A stretch of 64,000 bases of DNA, taken from NCBI GenBank assembly GCA_965220965.1, contig CBDCRI010000001.1, forward strand, positions 96,001 through 160,000, read 5' to 3'. The notes beneath the pieces were generated by a model. The model ran no database searches and was not told where the DNA came from. It worked only from the letters and a program-made list of their open reading frames with translations. Within the stretch, counting starts at the first letter, position 1. Every line of letters begins with the position of its first letter. This stretch comes from Candidatus Marinacidobacterium sp. (GTDB taxonomy: Bacteria; Acidobacteriota; Vicinamibacteria; Marinacidobacterales; Marinacidobacteraceae). A program made the translations under genes and the position numbers. This document shows positions 37,457 through 46,284 of the stretch, piece by piece.

Positions 37457-38655
37457 CGCAGGCTCCCGTCCGGCGACAGCGCCAGCCGGACCAGGCCCTC
37501 CATGCGCTGGGCGCGCTCCCACGCCCGCGCCCGGACCGCGTCCGGCTCGATGGCGCAGTCGGCGGCGCCGGCGCAGGCCTCCCGCAGGGCCTCGAGGGCC
37601 GGCTGCAGGGCCGGCAGGCGGCGCCCCTCGGCGACCGCCTGCCGCACGCCCTCCGCCATGGACAGGGTCCAGGCGTCGGCCAGGGCGCGGTCGAGCCGCC
37701 GGCGCAGCGCCCGGCCCAGCCCGCGCAGGGGCTCCCAGGCGCCCGGCGCGGCCAGCCCGTCGGGCAGCGAATCCATCACGCAGTCCTCCACCCGGTCGAG
37801 CACCGCCTGCCGGCTCGGGTCGGAGCGCTCGCCGTAGCCGCCCGGCGCGCTGTCGAGGGCGCTGCGCAGGCGCGGGAACTCGGCCAGCCCCGGGTTGGCG
37901 GCGTCGCCCGGCGGCGGCGGGTCGTCGCCCGCCGGCCCCACGCCGGCGCCGGCCGACTCGAATCCCATGTCGAAGGCGGCGTCGAGCACGGCCTGCCCGC
38001 AGGCCCTGAGCATGACCGCAAGCTCCGCCTGGGCGCCGGCCGCCTCGGCCACGTCGCGCATCCCCAGCGCCTCCATGGCCATCGCCGACGACGACGACAG
38101 CAGCCACTGCTCGGGCGGGCCCAGCCCCTCGGGCCAGCCCGGGGCGTGGCGCTCGCACAGGGCCGCGAAGCGCATGGCGTCGGGCAGGCAGGACAGGCGG
38201 ATCTCGGTCAGCGCGCGCGCCCGGTCGCCGTCGCCGGACAGCCCCCGGGGCAGGCACTCAACCGCGAAGGAGAGCCAGTCGCGCAACACGGGGGCGAGCG
38301 CCTGGGCGCGCGCCTCGTCGAGCTCCTCGTCCCTGGCGAGGCCGGCCAGGGCCACCGACAGCGCCAGGTCCGAGCGGGCGCGGCGCTCGCCGTCCCCCTC
38401 CCCAAGGTCCGGGAACAGGCCGCGTCCGAGCACCTCGCGCAGCCGGTGCAGGCCGAGGATGCGGCGCCGCGCGGCGGCGCCGTCGAGGCTTGCGCCGGAG
38501 ACGATCGGCAGCGTCTGGGCGAGCGCGTCGAGCCAGCGGATGCGCTTGCGCGCCGCGGTCAGCGCGAAGTCTCGCCCGCGGCGGCCCTGCCGCCGCAGCA
38601 GCTCCCGCTGGCGGGCGTGGCGCCGGTCGGCGAAGGCGGGCGGCGCCTCGCTCAC
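37453..38655 (-). CDS. Hypothetical protein (about 400 aa)
   Basis: GTGA coupling on both sides. Confidence 0.65.
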   Translation of the reverse strand: MSEAPPAFADRRHARQRELLRRQGRRGRDFALTAARKRIRWLDALAQTLPIVSGASLDGAAARRRILGLHRLREVLGRGLFPDLGEGDGERRARSDLALSVALAGLARDEELDEARAQALAPVLRDWLSFAVECLPRGLSGDGDRARALTEIRLSCLPDAMRFAALCERHAPGWPEGLGPPEQWLLSSSSAMAMEALGMRDVAEAAGAQAELAVMLRACGQAVLDAAFDMGFESAGAGVGPAGDDPPPPGDAANPGLAEFPRLRSALDSAPGGYGERSDPSRQAVLDRVEDCVMDSLPDGLAAPGAWEPLRGLGRALRRRLDRALADAWTLSMAEGVRQAVAEGRRLPALQPALEALREACAGAADCAIEPDAVRARAWERAQRMEGLVRLALSPDGSLR

Positions 38656-39104
38656 GGCGCCCCCAGCGGCACGCCCGACAGGCGCAGCAGCGGCAGGCCG
38701 CAGTCCATCGGCCACGGGCGCGCCCGCAGGCCCTCCGGAGCGGAGCGGACCGCCAGCAGCAGCCCGGTGCGCACCGCATCGTCGACGGCCTCCCACCCGG
38801 ACACCCGCGGCAGCCGCTCGTTGGCCAGGCGGAGCTGGACGGCCGTGTGGCCGTCGCCGTCCGGCCCGCCAAGGTGCAGGCGGGCGAAGCCGGGCGGCGT
38901 CGGCCGGTAGGCGACCCCCGCCAGCAGGCGGCCGCCGTGGCGGGCGACGGCCGCCGCCTCCGCCGCGTAGGCGGCGTGGGCGGCGAACGGATGGGCCGGC
39001 CTCAGCGACTGGGCCAGGTCGCCGCCGGCGTCGAAGCGGGCGTCGTGCACGCCGATGCGGCGGGCGAAGGCCAGCAGGGCCGCCACCAGGTCCTCGTAGC
39101 TCAT
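38652..39104 (-). CDS. Hypothetical protein (150 aa), probably leaderless
   Basis: TGC-TAGAAT box (39112-39117) 7 nt before ATG 39104. Confidence 0.6.
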   Translation of the reverse strand: MSYEDLVAALLAFARRIGVHDARFDAGGDLAQSLRPAHPFAAHAAYAAEAAAVARHGGRLLAGVAYRPTPPGFARLHLGGPDGDGHTAVQLRLANERLPRVSGWEAVDDAVRTGLLLAVRSAPEGLRARPWPMDCGLPLLRLSGVPLGAP

Positions 39105-39285
39105 GGCCGGGATTCTAGCAGCACTCGGGAACGCCGCCACGGGGTGGGGGATGCGTCCATTGGGGGAGGGGCGCCCGCGCCGCGGGCCGCGCGTCGCCCA
39201 GGCGGGTCGGCGCGTTCCGCTGCGCCGGCCAGCCGTCCCGTCGGCCGTCTTCCCGCACCCCTTCGGGAGGCCCCCCGCGTCGGCG

Positions 39286-40026
39286 TCACGGTCCCCTGCG
39301 GCAGGAGAGCGCGACGCGCAGGAAGCACGGCCCGGAGGCGTGCACGGACGCCTCCGCCGGCCCCTCCTGCGCCTCGCGGAGGCGCGCGGCCGGCTCCGAG
39401 AGCACGTCGTCCCAGCTCAGCGGCGACTCGTCGGAGGCCACCGCCCGCGCCATCGCCGTGCTGGCCAGGGCCACCAGCGCGGACTTGGGCACCGTCTCGC
39501 GCCCCAGGCAGGCCCGCGCCAGGCCGCGGCCGGAGGCCGACAGCGAGGCCCAGCCGCCGGGGCGGTCGGCAAGCATGGCGCAGCGCTCCAGGGCGGGCTC
39601 CGCGAGGCTCAGCGCGCCGGCCACGCCCTGGCCGGACGCCAGCAGGCCCCGGAAGCCGCGGCGCGTCTTGCTGAGCAGGGCGCGCAGCTTGTCGTCCTGC
39701 CAGACGCGCACCACCCCAGGGGCGGACTCGTTGGCGATCGCCAGGGCGGCCTCGCCGAACACGGAGGCCTCGAAGCCCTCCCGCTCCACCTTCAGGCACG
39801 CCCCGGCGCAGGGGCCGGCCGCCAGTCCCGGCGCGGCCATGGCCGCGTCGAGCCACTCCCACAGCGACCCCGGCCGGGCGCGCGCGGCCTGGCCGAGCGC
39901 GCCCCCCAGCGCCTTGGCGCCGACGCCCTCCACCAGCCACAGGCAGGCCCCGGAGACGCCGATCGACTGGTCGGCGGCGGGCGCCGCGTGGGCGAGCACC
40001 GCCACGTCCATGCCCACGGCGCTCAT
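39286..40026 (-). CDS. Hypothetical protein, possibly a degenerate PP2C-like fold
   Basis: LWLVEGV and VALASTAM align loosely with WVIDGA and LLxSDG; metal-binding Asp residues absent. Confidence 0.35.
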   Translation of the reverse strand: MSAVGMDVAVLAHAAPAADQSIGVSGACLWLVEGVGAKALGGALGQAARARPGSLWEWLDAAMAAPGLAAGPCAGACLKVEREGFEASVFGEAALAIANESAPGVVRVWQDDKLRALLSKTRRGFRGLLASGQGVAGALSLAEPALERCAMLADRPGGWASLSASGRGLARACLGRETVPKSALVALASTAMARAVASDESPLSWDDVLSEPAARLREAQEGPAEASVHASGPCFLRVALSCRRGP

Positions 40027-41456
40027 CGCAGCGGCACGTCCGCCCAGACCGGGGCGGCCGGCGCCGCGCCGGGGGCCGCCGCCGGGGGGCGGGCGCCGGC
40101 CAGGCGCACGCTGGCCGCGACCCGGTCAAGGACGCTCGCCGAGGGGTCCGCCTGCAGCGCGGCGAGCCGCTCCCCGCAGCCCGGCTCCAGCAGGCCGGGC
40201 GCCTCGGCCTGCGCCCGCCGCAGCGAGGCCCAGCCGTCGGCGTTGAGGCGCCCCGCCCGGTCGACGAGCGGGCGCGCCCGCCGCACCAGCCCGGCGATGC
40301 CGGACGGCGTCGCCAACGGCATCAGCCGCCGCCAGAGGGCGTCGCCCAGCGCCGCGGCCGCGGCCGGGGGGCGGGCCGACTGCCGCCAGCTCGCGAACGG
40401 GGAGCGCCGCCGCGGCCGGCGCCGCTGCAGCCACTCGCCCGCCGCGCGGACCTCCGACCCCTCGGAGCGCTCCAGCCAGTAGTCGCACAGCTGCGAGACC
40501 AGATGCGCTTGCGAGGCCCGGCCCGGGTCGAGCAGCGGCACCCAGGCGCCGTGGGGCGCGTCGCCGGCGCCGGCCGCGGCGGGCGGCGACGGCGCCCGGA
40601 ACAGGCCCTCGAAGCGCCGGTCGAGCGCCGCCCGCTGCCAAGGCGCCAAGCCGCCGGAGCCGGTGCGGTGGTAGGAGGACTCGCCGCGCATGTAGGCGTC
40701 CTGCGCCTCGCGCCACACGGCCGCCACGCCGCCGCCGCGGGCCAGGCCGAAGGCCAGCGCCATCGCCGGGCCGTCCAGGGCCTCGACCGGCGCCGGCCGC
40801 CAGGGCGCATCGGCCAGCGCCGCCCGCGCCCCGCTGGCGCCCGCGGCGCCCCCGTTGGCCGCGCCGTCGCGCCCGAAGCCCGCGGCGCAGCGGCGCGCCA
40901 GGCCGTCCGGGCCGACCGCGAGCTCCACGGCCTCCGGCGCCAGCGGGGCGTCGGCCAGCGAGGCCAAGGCGCGGGTGACGGCGGGCCCCACGTGCAGGCG
41001 GACGTCCCTGCCGACCGCGTAGCCGATGGCCCGGTTGGCGAGCCGCTGGGCGAGCTGCCGGGCGACCGCCTCGGCGTCGCAGGCGCCGCGGCGGCCCTCC
41101 CAGTCGGCCGGGGTGAGGGCCATGGCCCACGTGCGCAGCCTGGCGAACCGCCCGGGGGCCAGCGCCTGCACCTGGCTGGCGATCCACTCGCCGGCGTCGT
41201 CGCCGTCGGTCCAGGCGACCACCTCGCGGCCCTCGGCCGCGGCCGCGCGGATGCGCTCGCGGGCGTCGGGGCTGCGGCAGGCCCAAGCGGTGGGCGCGCC
41301 GTCGCCGTCCAGCGCGTACTCGCCCTCCGGGAGGTCGTAGAGCACGCCGCGGGTGGCGAACAGGTCGGCGTCGGTGCGGATGGCGCGGAAGGCGGCCCTG
41401 GCGGCCGCCAGCTTGCCCGGCGCCTCGATGACCACCAAAGGGGAGGGCCGGCGCAA
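40023..41456 (-). CDS. Short, degenerate type IA topoisomerase-like protein
   Basis: LVVIEAPGK, ATRGVLYDLP, WTDGDDAGEWIA, AQDAY..G.SSYHRT (active-site Tyr), APHGA. Confidence 0.7.
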   Translation of the reverse strand: MRRPSPLVVIEAPGKLAAARAAFRAIRTDADLFATRGVLYDLPEGEYALDGDGAPTAWACRSPDARERIRAAAAEGREVVAWTDGDDAGEWIASQVQALAPGRFARLRTWAMALTPADWEGRRGACDAEAVARQLAQRLANRAIGYAVGRDVRLHVGPAVTRALASLADAPLAPEAVELAVGPDGLARRCAAGFGRDGAANGGAAGASGARAALADAPWRPAPVEALDGPAMALAFGLARGGGVAAVWREAQDAYMRGESSYHRTGSGGLAPWQRAALDRRFEGLFRAPSPPAAAGAGDAPHGAWVPLLDPGRASQAHLVSQLCDYWLERSEGSEVRAAGEWLQRRRPRRRSPFASWRQSARPPAAAAALGDALWRRLMPLATPSGIAGLVRRARPLVDRAGRLNADGWASLRRAQAEAPGLLEPGCGERLAALQADPSASVLDRVAASVRLAGARPPAAAPGAAPAAPVWADVPLR

Positions 41457-41462
41457 GGCGGG

Positions 41463-42050
41463 TCAGTCCGATTCGGGGTTGGGGATCGTGTTGTAGACGC
41501 AGTTGTCGTCGAGCACGACCTGCCCGTCGTTGCCGAGGTGGAAGCAGCGCCGGAAGTCCTCGTCCGGGCCGCGCACGACGTCGACCACGGCCTGGTTGCG
41601 CTCGCGCCGCAGCTCCTCGATCCGGCGGGCCGGGATGCTGGTGTAGCGGTTGATGGAGGAGCACACCAGGTCCGTCAGCAGCCCCTTGGTGCGGCCCAGA
41701 ACGCCGCCGATGGTCGGCAGGCCGAAGCCCGGGTCGCGGCCGATCTCGGCGATGCACTCGGCGAGCAGGTCGCGGTCGGGCCAGCCGTAGGGGTCCTCCC
41801 CGGCCCCCGCGCCCGACGTGGGGCCGCCCTCCACCGGGCGCATGACGTAGTAGCCGTCCTCGGTCCACTCGCCCTTGGGCCTGAGGTCGACCACGGCCCC
41901 CTCGGGCAGCCGCAGCGGCACCGCCACCGCCTGGCCGGTCTCCGGGTCGACCACCTCCACGTCCGGGCAGGCCTCCTGCATGGTCGACTGGCCGAGGGCC
42001 AGGGCCGGCGCCAGCGCCAGCGGCAGGAGGGTCTTCGCGATCAGCCTCAT
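41463..42050 (-). CDS. Exported Cys-containing protein, TraL-like
   Basis: Signal peptide; LLAECI...LPT...LLTDLVC pattern. Confidence 0.4.
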   Translation of the reverse strand: MRLIAKTLLPLALAPALALGQSTMQEACPDVEVVDPETGQAVAVPLRLPEGAVVDLRPKGEWTEDGYYVMRPVEGGPTSGAGAGEDPYGWPDRDLLAECIAEIGRDPGFGLPTIGGVLGRTKGLLTDLVCSSINRYTSIPARRIEELRRERNQAVVDVVRGPDEDFRRCFHLGNDGQVVLDDNCVYNTIPNPESD

Positions 42051-42080
42051 GCGCGGGGATGTTCGGGGGGCGCGGCGCCT

Positions 42081-42110
42081 TTGTCAAGGGGACTCCATGG
42101 TATAATGCAT
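42081..42110 (+). promoter_or_regulatory. rtcB promoter TTGTCA-N14-TATAAT (CCATGGTATAATGCAT box)
   Basis: Variant of the repeated box at a divergent junction. Confidence 0.6.
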
Positions 42111-42134
42111 GTGTTCAACCCCGGAGGCCGCCCC

Positions 42135-43346
42135 ATGGCCGACCACGACATCCACCCGCCGCGCGGGGCCGGCGTCCCGGTCAAGGCGTGGACGCGCGGC
42201 GTGCCGCTGGAGCGCCAGGCGCTGGAGCAGGCGCTCAACGTCGCCGCCCTGCCGTGCGTGCACTCCCACGTGGCGCTCATGCCCGACGTCCACTTCGGGA
42301 TCGGGGCCACGGTCGGCTCGGTCATCCCCACGGTGGGGGCGGTCATCCCGGCGGCGGTCGGCGTGGACATCGGCTGCGGCATGGTGGCGGCCCGGACCAC
42401 GCTCGCGGCCGCGGACCTGCCGGACTCCCTCGCCCCGCTGCGCTCGGCCATCGAGCGGGCCGTGCCGCACGGGGTCAAGGGGGCCGGCTCGTGGCACGCC
42501 GACGCGCCCGCCGCCGGGCGCAGCGCCTGGCGGTCGCTGGAGGGCGGCCTGCCGCGCATCGCCGAGGGCGCGCCGCGCATCGAGCGGGCCGCCCGGCGGG
42601 CGCCGCTGCAGCTCGGCACGCTCGGCGGCGGCAACCACTTCATCGAGGTCTGCCTCGACGAGGCGGAGCGCGTCTGGGTGATGCTGCACAGCGGCAGCCG
42701 GGGCATCGGCAACGCCATCGGCACCCACTTCATCGGCCTGGCGCAGGAGGACATGCGGCGCCACTTGGCGAACCTGCCGGACCGCAACCTGGCCTACTTC
42801 GAGGAGGGCGCGAAGCACTTCGACGACTACTGGTTCGCGGTGCAGTGGGCGCAGCGCTACGCCGCCGCCAACCGCGAGGTGATGCTCGACCGGACGCTGC
42901 ACGCCCTGCGCGGCCAGGTCCGGCCCTTCCGGCTCGACGGCCGGGCGGTCAACTGCCACCACAACTACGTGGCCCGCGAGCGCCACGGCGGGCACGACCT
43001 GCTGGTCACCCGCAAGGGCGCCGTGCGCGCCGGGGCCGGGGAGCTCGGCATCATCCCGGGCTCCATGGGCGCAAGGTCCCACATCGTCCGCGGCAAGGGC
43101 AACCCGGACGCCTTCGAGTCCTGCTCGCACGGCGCCGGACGGCGGATGTCGCGCAGCGCCGCCAAGGCGCGGTTCAGCCTGGCCGACCACGCCGCCGCCA
43201 CCGCAGGGGTCGAGTGCCGCAAGGACCAGGGGGTGCTCGACGAGACGCCTGGCGCCTACAAGGACATCGACGCGGTGATGCGGGCGCAGCAGAGCCTGGT
43301 CGAGACGGTGCACACCCTGCGCCAAGTGGTCTGCTGCAAGGGCTGA
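42135..43346 (+). CDS. rtcB: RtcB RNA 2',3'-cyclic phosphate/5'-OH ligase
   Basis: MPDVH.G.G, GVDIGCG, LGTLGGGNHFIE, HSGSRG, HHNY, RKGA, IPGSMG, SCSHGAGR, DETPGAYKDI; GGAGG SD. Confidence 0.95.
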   Translation: MADHDIHPPRGAGVPVKAWTRGVPLERQALEQALNVAALPCVHSHVALMPDVHFGIGATVGSVIPTVGAVIPAAVGVDIGCGMVAARTTLAAADLPDSLAPLRSAIERAVPHGVKGAGSWHADAPAAGRSAWRSLEGGLPRIAEGAPRIERAARRAPLQLGTLGGGNHFIEVCLDEAERVWVMLHSGSRGIGNAIGTHFIGLAQEDMRRHLANLPDRNLAYFEEGAKHFDDYWFAVQWAQRYAAANREVMLDRTLHALRGQVRPFRLDGRAVNCHHNYVARERHGGHDLLVTRKGAVRAGAGELGIIPGSMGARSHIVRGKGNPDAFESCSHGAGRRMSRSAAKARFSLADHAAATAGVECRKDQGVLDETPGAYKDIDAVMRAQQSLVETVHTLRQVVCCKG

Positions 43347-43492
43347 GGCGGCGGATGGCCACGCGCCGGCGATGGCAAGGCAACCCCGCGCCCGTCAGGC
43401 CCGGCCTCGTCGAGCTGGGGCTGGCGCAACGCCCGCCGGCCTGACCGCGCCAAGGCCGGGGGCCGTGGCGCCGCGTCGGCGGGCGGGCCGCC

Positions 43493-43506
43493 CTATGGTA
43501 TGATAC
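43493..43506 (+). promoter_or_regulatory. Extended -10 box CTATGGTATGATAC
   Basis: One mismatch to the repeated 14-mer. Confidence 0.6.
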
Positions 43507-43541
43507 GCAAGTCGCAACGCGTCGCGCCGACCGCACCCAGC

Positions 43542-44216
43542 ATGTCCCAAGCCTCGCAAGGCCCCCCCGATTCGCAAGCCGCCGTCCCCGCGCCGCCCCC
43601 CGCGGGCCGCGGGCCCGACGGGCGCGCCGAGCGCGACCGGTGGATCGCCGACCGCTACGGCGAGGGGCTCTCCATGGACGCCATCGCCCAGCGGCTCGGC
43701 ATCTCGGACCAGACCGTGAGCAAGAGGCTCAAGGAGATGGGCGTCGAGTCGCGCAGGAAGGGCAGCTGGTGGGGGCCGGAGGCCGCCTCGAAGCGCGCCA
43801 AGCTGCGCCATGAGGTGGGCCCCCTGTGGCTGCTGGGGCGCTACCAGTCGGAGATCGCGGAGCAGACGGCCCGCTCGCAAACCGCAGTGTCCAAGATCGT
43901 GGAGGATGAGCGGCGGGCCGGGACCCTCGACGCCGGCATCGCCCGCAACCGCGAAATCGTGCGCCGGGCGCTGCGCGGCGAGCCCCACGAGGACATCGCC
44001 CGCGGGGAGGGCCTCGCCCTCGAGGCCGTCCGGCGCATCGTCTCGCAGCCCAACCGCTGGTTCGCCCCCCGCAAGGACGGCACCCCGGCCATGACGTGGC
44101 TGATCGCCGAGGCGCACCGCCGCGGGGCGAGCGACAAGCTGATCAGCGCCTGCCTGCAGCTGTCCCTGACCTCGGTGCGGATCAACCTGGCGCGCGCCCG
44201 CAAGGCCAAGGCGTGA
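43542..44216 (+). CDS. Multi-HTH DNA-binding protein
   Basis: About four HTH-like units (YGEGLSMDAIAQRLGISDQTVSKRL; QSEIAEQTARSQTAVSKI; HEDIARGEGLALEAVRRI; DKLISACLQLSLTSVRINL). Confidence 0.75.
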   Translation: MSQASQGPPDSQAAVPAPPPAGRGPDGRAERDRWIADRYGEGLSMDAIAQRLGISDQTVSKRLKEMGVESRRKGSWWGPEAASKRAKLRHEVGPLWLLGRYQSEIAEQTARSQTAVSKIVEDERRAGTLDAGIARNREIVRRALRGEPHEDIARGEGLALEAVRRIVSQPNRWFAPRKDGTPAMTWLIAEAHRRGASDKLISACLQLSLTSVRINLARARKAKA

Positions 44217-44647
44217 CGCGCCCCAAGACCGGCTTCGCGATCAAGGCCCTGGCCGCCGCCCGGTGGCACTTGGCGGCCGCCGGGCAGCGCGTGCGGGCGG
44301 GCGATGCGGAAGGCGCCGCCTGCCGCGCCCACTTCGCCGCCGCGCACGCCGCCAACGCGTTCGCCGCCTGGCGCGGGCACCCCTCCCGCCTGCGGGATCC
44401 GAGCGACGACGCGAGGGCCTTCGTCGAGGTCTTCTGCGCACCGACGGGGGAGGCCTTCCCGGCGTCCCTGCGAGACGCCCTGGCCGAGCTTCGGCGGCTG
44501 CACGACAAGGTCGCCTGGCGCGCGGAGCCGCTCACGGCGGACGAGGGGCGCGAGGCGCTGCGGCACGCCGAAGGGGCGATTGAGGCCATCCAGGGCCAGC
44601 TGCCGGAGAGCGTGACGGCGAAGCGCGCGCCAACGCCGGCGCCCTGA
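44213..44647 (+). CDS. HEPN-domain protein, degenerate
   Basis: AACRAHFAAAHAANA..G...F.EVF...L.EL..LHDKVAW...T.DEGREAL..AE fits the HEPN pattern (SRAYYA.FHA...RxxADY...EA...L..AE). Confidence 0.6.
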   Translation: MTRPKTGFAIKALAAARWHLAAAGQRVRAGDAEGAACRAHFAAAHAANAFAAWRGHPSRLRDPSDDARAFVEVFCAPTGEAFPASLRDALAELRRLHDKVAWRAEPLTADEGREALRHAEGAIEAIQGQLPESVTAKRAPTPAP

Positions 44648-44721
44648 CGGGCCACGGCCGAAGGGGCCTGGCGCGCGCAAAGCCCCTACAATGGCCCCAT
44701 GGGGCGGCGGAGGACAGGGAC

Positions 44722-46248
44722 GTGACGCATCCGGCCACGGCATCGGACGCGGCGGCGCTGGGCGATGGCCTCATCCGCATCGCCCGCGCCCTGCGCGGCA
44801 GCGCCGCGGCGGGCGATGCGCGGGCGGCCATGCTGCCCATCGCCTTCCTGCGCGGCCTGTCCGCGAACTACGAGCGGGCGGTGGCCCGGGAGCTCGGCTG
44901 GCCGCCCGACCGCCGCTTCCGCCTCGCCGATGCGCTGGCCGACCATCCGGGCGGGCAGGACGGCCTCTCGCGGCGCATGCGCGCCAAGGTCGGCTACGCG
45001 CTGCCCCCCCAGCACCTCTGGGGCGCCGTCGCCCGGTCCGCCGAGGCGGGCGGCGGCGTGCGCTTCGCGCTGCGCCTGTCCGAGGCCATCCGCGCCAGCG
45101 AGGCGGGGTCGACCCTAGGCCATCTCGTGGGCACGCTGACCGCCCCCATCCCCCGCATCCGGCAGCTGCGCAGCACCCCCGCGGAGATCGGCGACGCGCT
45201 GCGCGACGCGGTGCTGGCCACCGACCGGCTCGTCGGCCGGCTCCCCGACGGGGCGGGGCCGCTGGCCGACGCCTTCGAGCGGCTGGTCGGCCACTTCGCC
45301 GCGCAGTGCTACCACTCGGACGGCGGCGACGCCTACACGCCGCGCCCGGTGGCGGACCTGCTGGCGGGCATCGTGGCCTGGGACACGGACCGGGCCGGCG
45401 GCGGCCCGCGGGCGCGCCTCAACGCCGCCCTCGACTTCGCCTGTGGCTCCGGATCCCTCCTGCTGAACGTCCGCCGGCAGGTGGGGCCGATGCGCATCGG
45501 GCGCCTGCACGGACACGACCGCTCCCACCTGGCGCTGTGGCAGGCCAGGATGAGCATGGCGCTGAACGGGCTGCCGCCGCAGGCCTTCGAGTTGCGCCTC
45601 CTCGACGCCCTCACGGAGCTTGGCCACGAGCCGACGCTGCACGGGGGCTTCGACGCAGTCGTCGCCGCGCCGTCGTTCAGCGTCCCCATCGACCGCGCCG
45701 CCATGGCCCCCTGGGCGCGCTTCGACGCGCGCTTCCGCGGCTTCGACCTGCCTGGCCACTCGGACGACTTCGCGTTCCTGCTGCACGGCCTGCACCACCT
45801 CGCCCCGGGGGGCACGATGGCGATGGCGGCCCTGCACCCGGGATTCCTGGGCGTGGGGGGCTGGACGGGGGCCGTCCGCCGCGTCCTCGTCGAGCGGGGG
45901 CTGGTGGACGCCGTCATCCAGCTGCCGCCCGGGCTGTTCCCGTCGAGCGGCGCGCCCAGCGCGGTGCTGGTCCTGAAGCGGCGCCCGGTCCCCCGGCCGG
46001 ACGTGCTGCTGATCGACGCGTCCGCCCTGTTCGAGCCGGCCGGGCGCCGCCTCAACCGCCTCACCGACGTCCACGTCGCGCGCATCCTGGAGACGCACCG
46101 GCGGCGGCCGGAGGCGCTCGGCCGGTTCGCCCGGCGCGTCGGCGCCGCCGAGATCGCCGCCCAAGGCCACAGCCTCGCGATGGCGGCGCACCTCGGGGCG
46201 CCGGGCGCGCCGCGGGCCGCAGCCGCCGTCCGGTCCCCCGGACCCTGA
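44722..46248 (+). CDS. Orphan type I R-M M-subunit (HsdM) homolog lacking the NPP(F/Y) motif
   Basis: LRG..FLRGLS.NYE N-domain, YTPRPV, DFACGSGSLL, FDAVVAAPSFS, DFAFLLH, IDAS; no hsdS or hsdR adjacent. Confidence 0.85.
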   Translation: MTHPATASDAAALGDGLIRIARALRGSAAAGDARAAMLPIAFLRGLSANYERAVARELGWPPDRRFRLADALADHPGGQDGLSRRMRAKVGYALPPQHLWGAVARSAEAGGGVRFALRLSEAIRASEAGSTLGHLVGTLTAPIPRIRQLRSTPAEIGDALRDAVLATDRLVGRLPDGAGPLADAFERLVGHFAAQCYHSDGGDAYTPRPVADLLAGIVAWDTDRAGGGPRARLNAALDFACGSGSLLLNVRRQVGPMRIGRLHGHDRSHLALWQARMSMALNGLPPQAFELRLLDALTELGHEPTLHGGFDAVVAAPSFSVPIDRAAMAPWARFDARFRGFDLPGHSDDFAFLLHGLHHLAPGGTMAMAALHPGFLGVGGWTGAVRRVLVERGLVDAVIQLPPGLFPSSGAPSAVLVLKRRPVPRPDVLLIDASALFEPAGRRLNRLTDVHVARILETHRRRPEALGRFARRVGAAEIAAQGHSLAMAAHLGAPGAPRAAAAVRSPGP

Positions 46249-46284
46249 CGGGCCGGGCCTGCGGGCGGGCGCGCAAGGCTAGGC

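Noticed and set aside
40503-43346. 947-aa RtcB fusion
   Set aside because: The N-terminal part is antisense to the topoisomerase and TraL-like genes; promoter and SD place the start at 42135
5824-46248. Functional type I R-M system from the HsdR_N gene and hsdM
   Set aside because: Nearly 38 kb apart, no hsdS, no HsdR translocase domain, and the HsdM catalytic motif is lost
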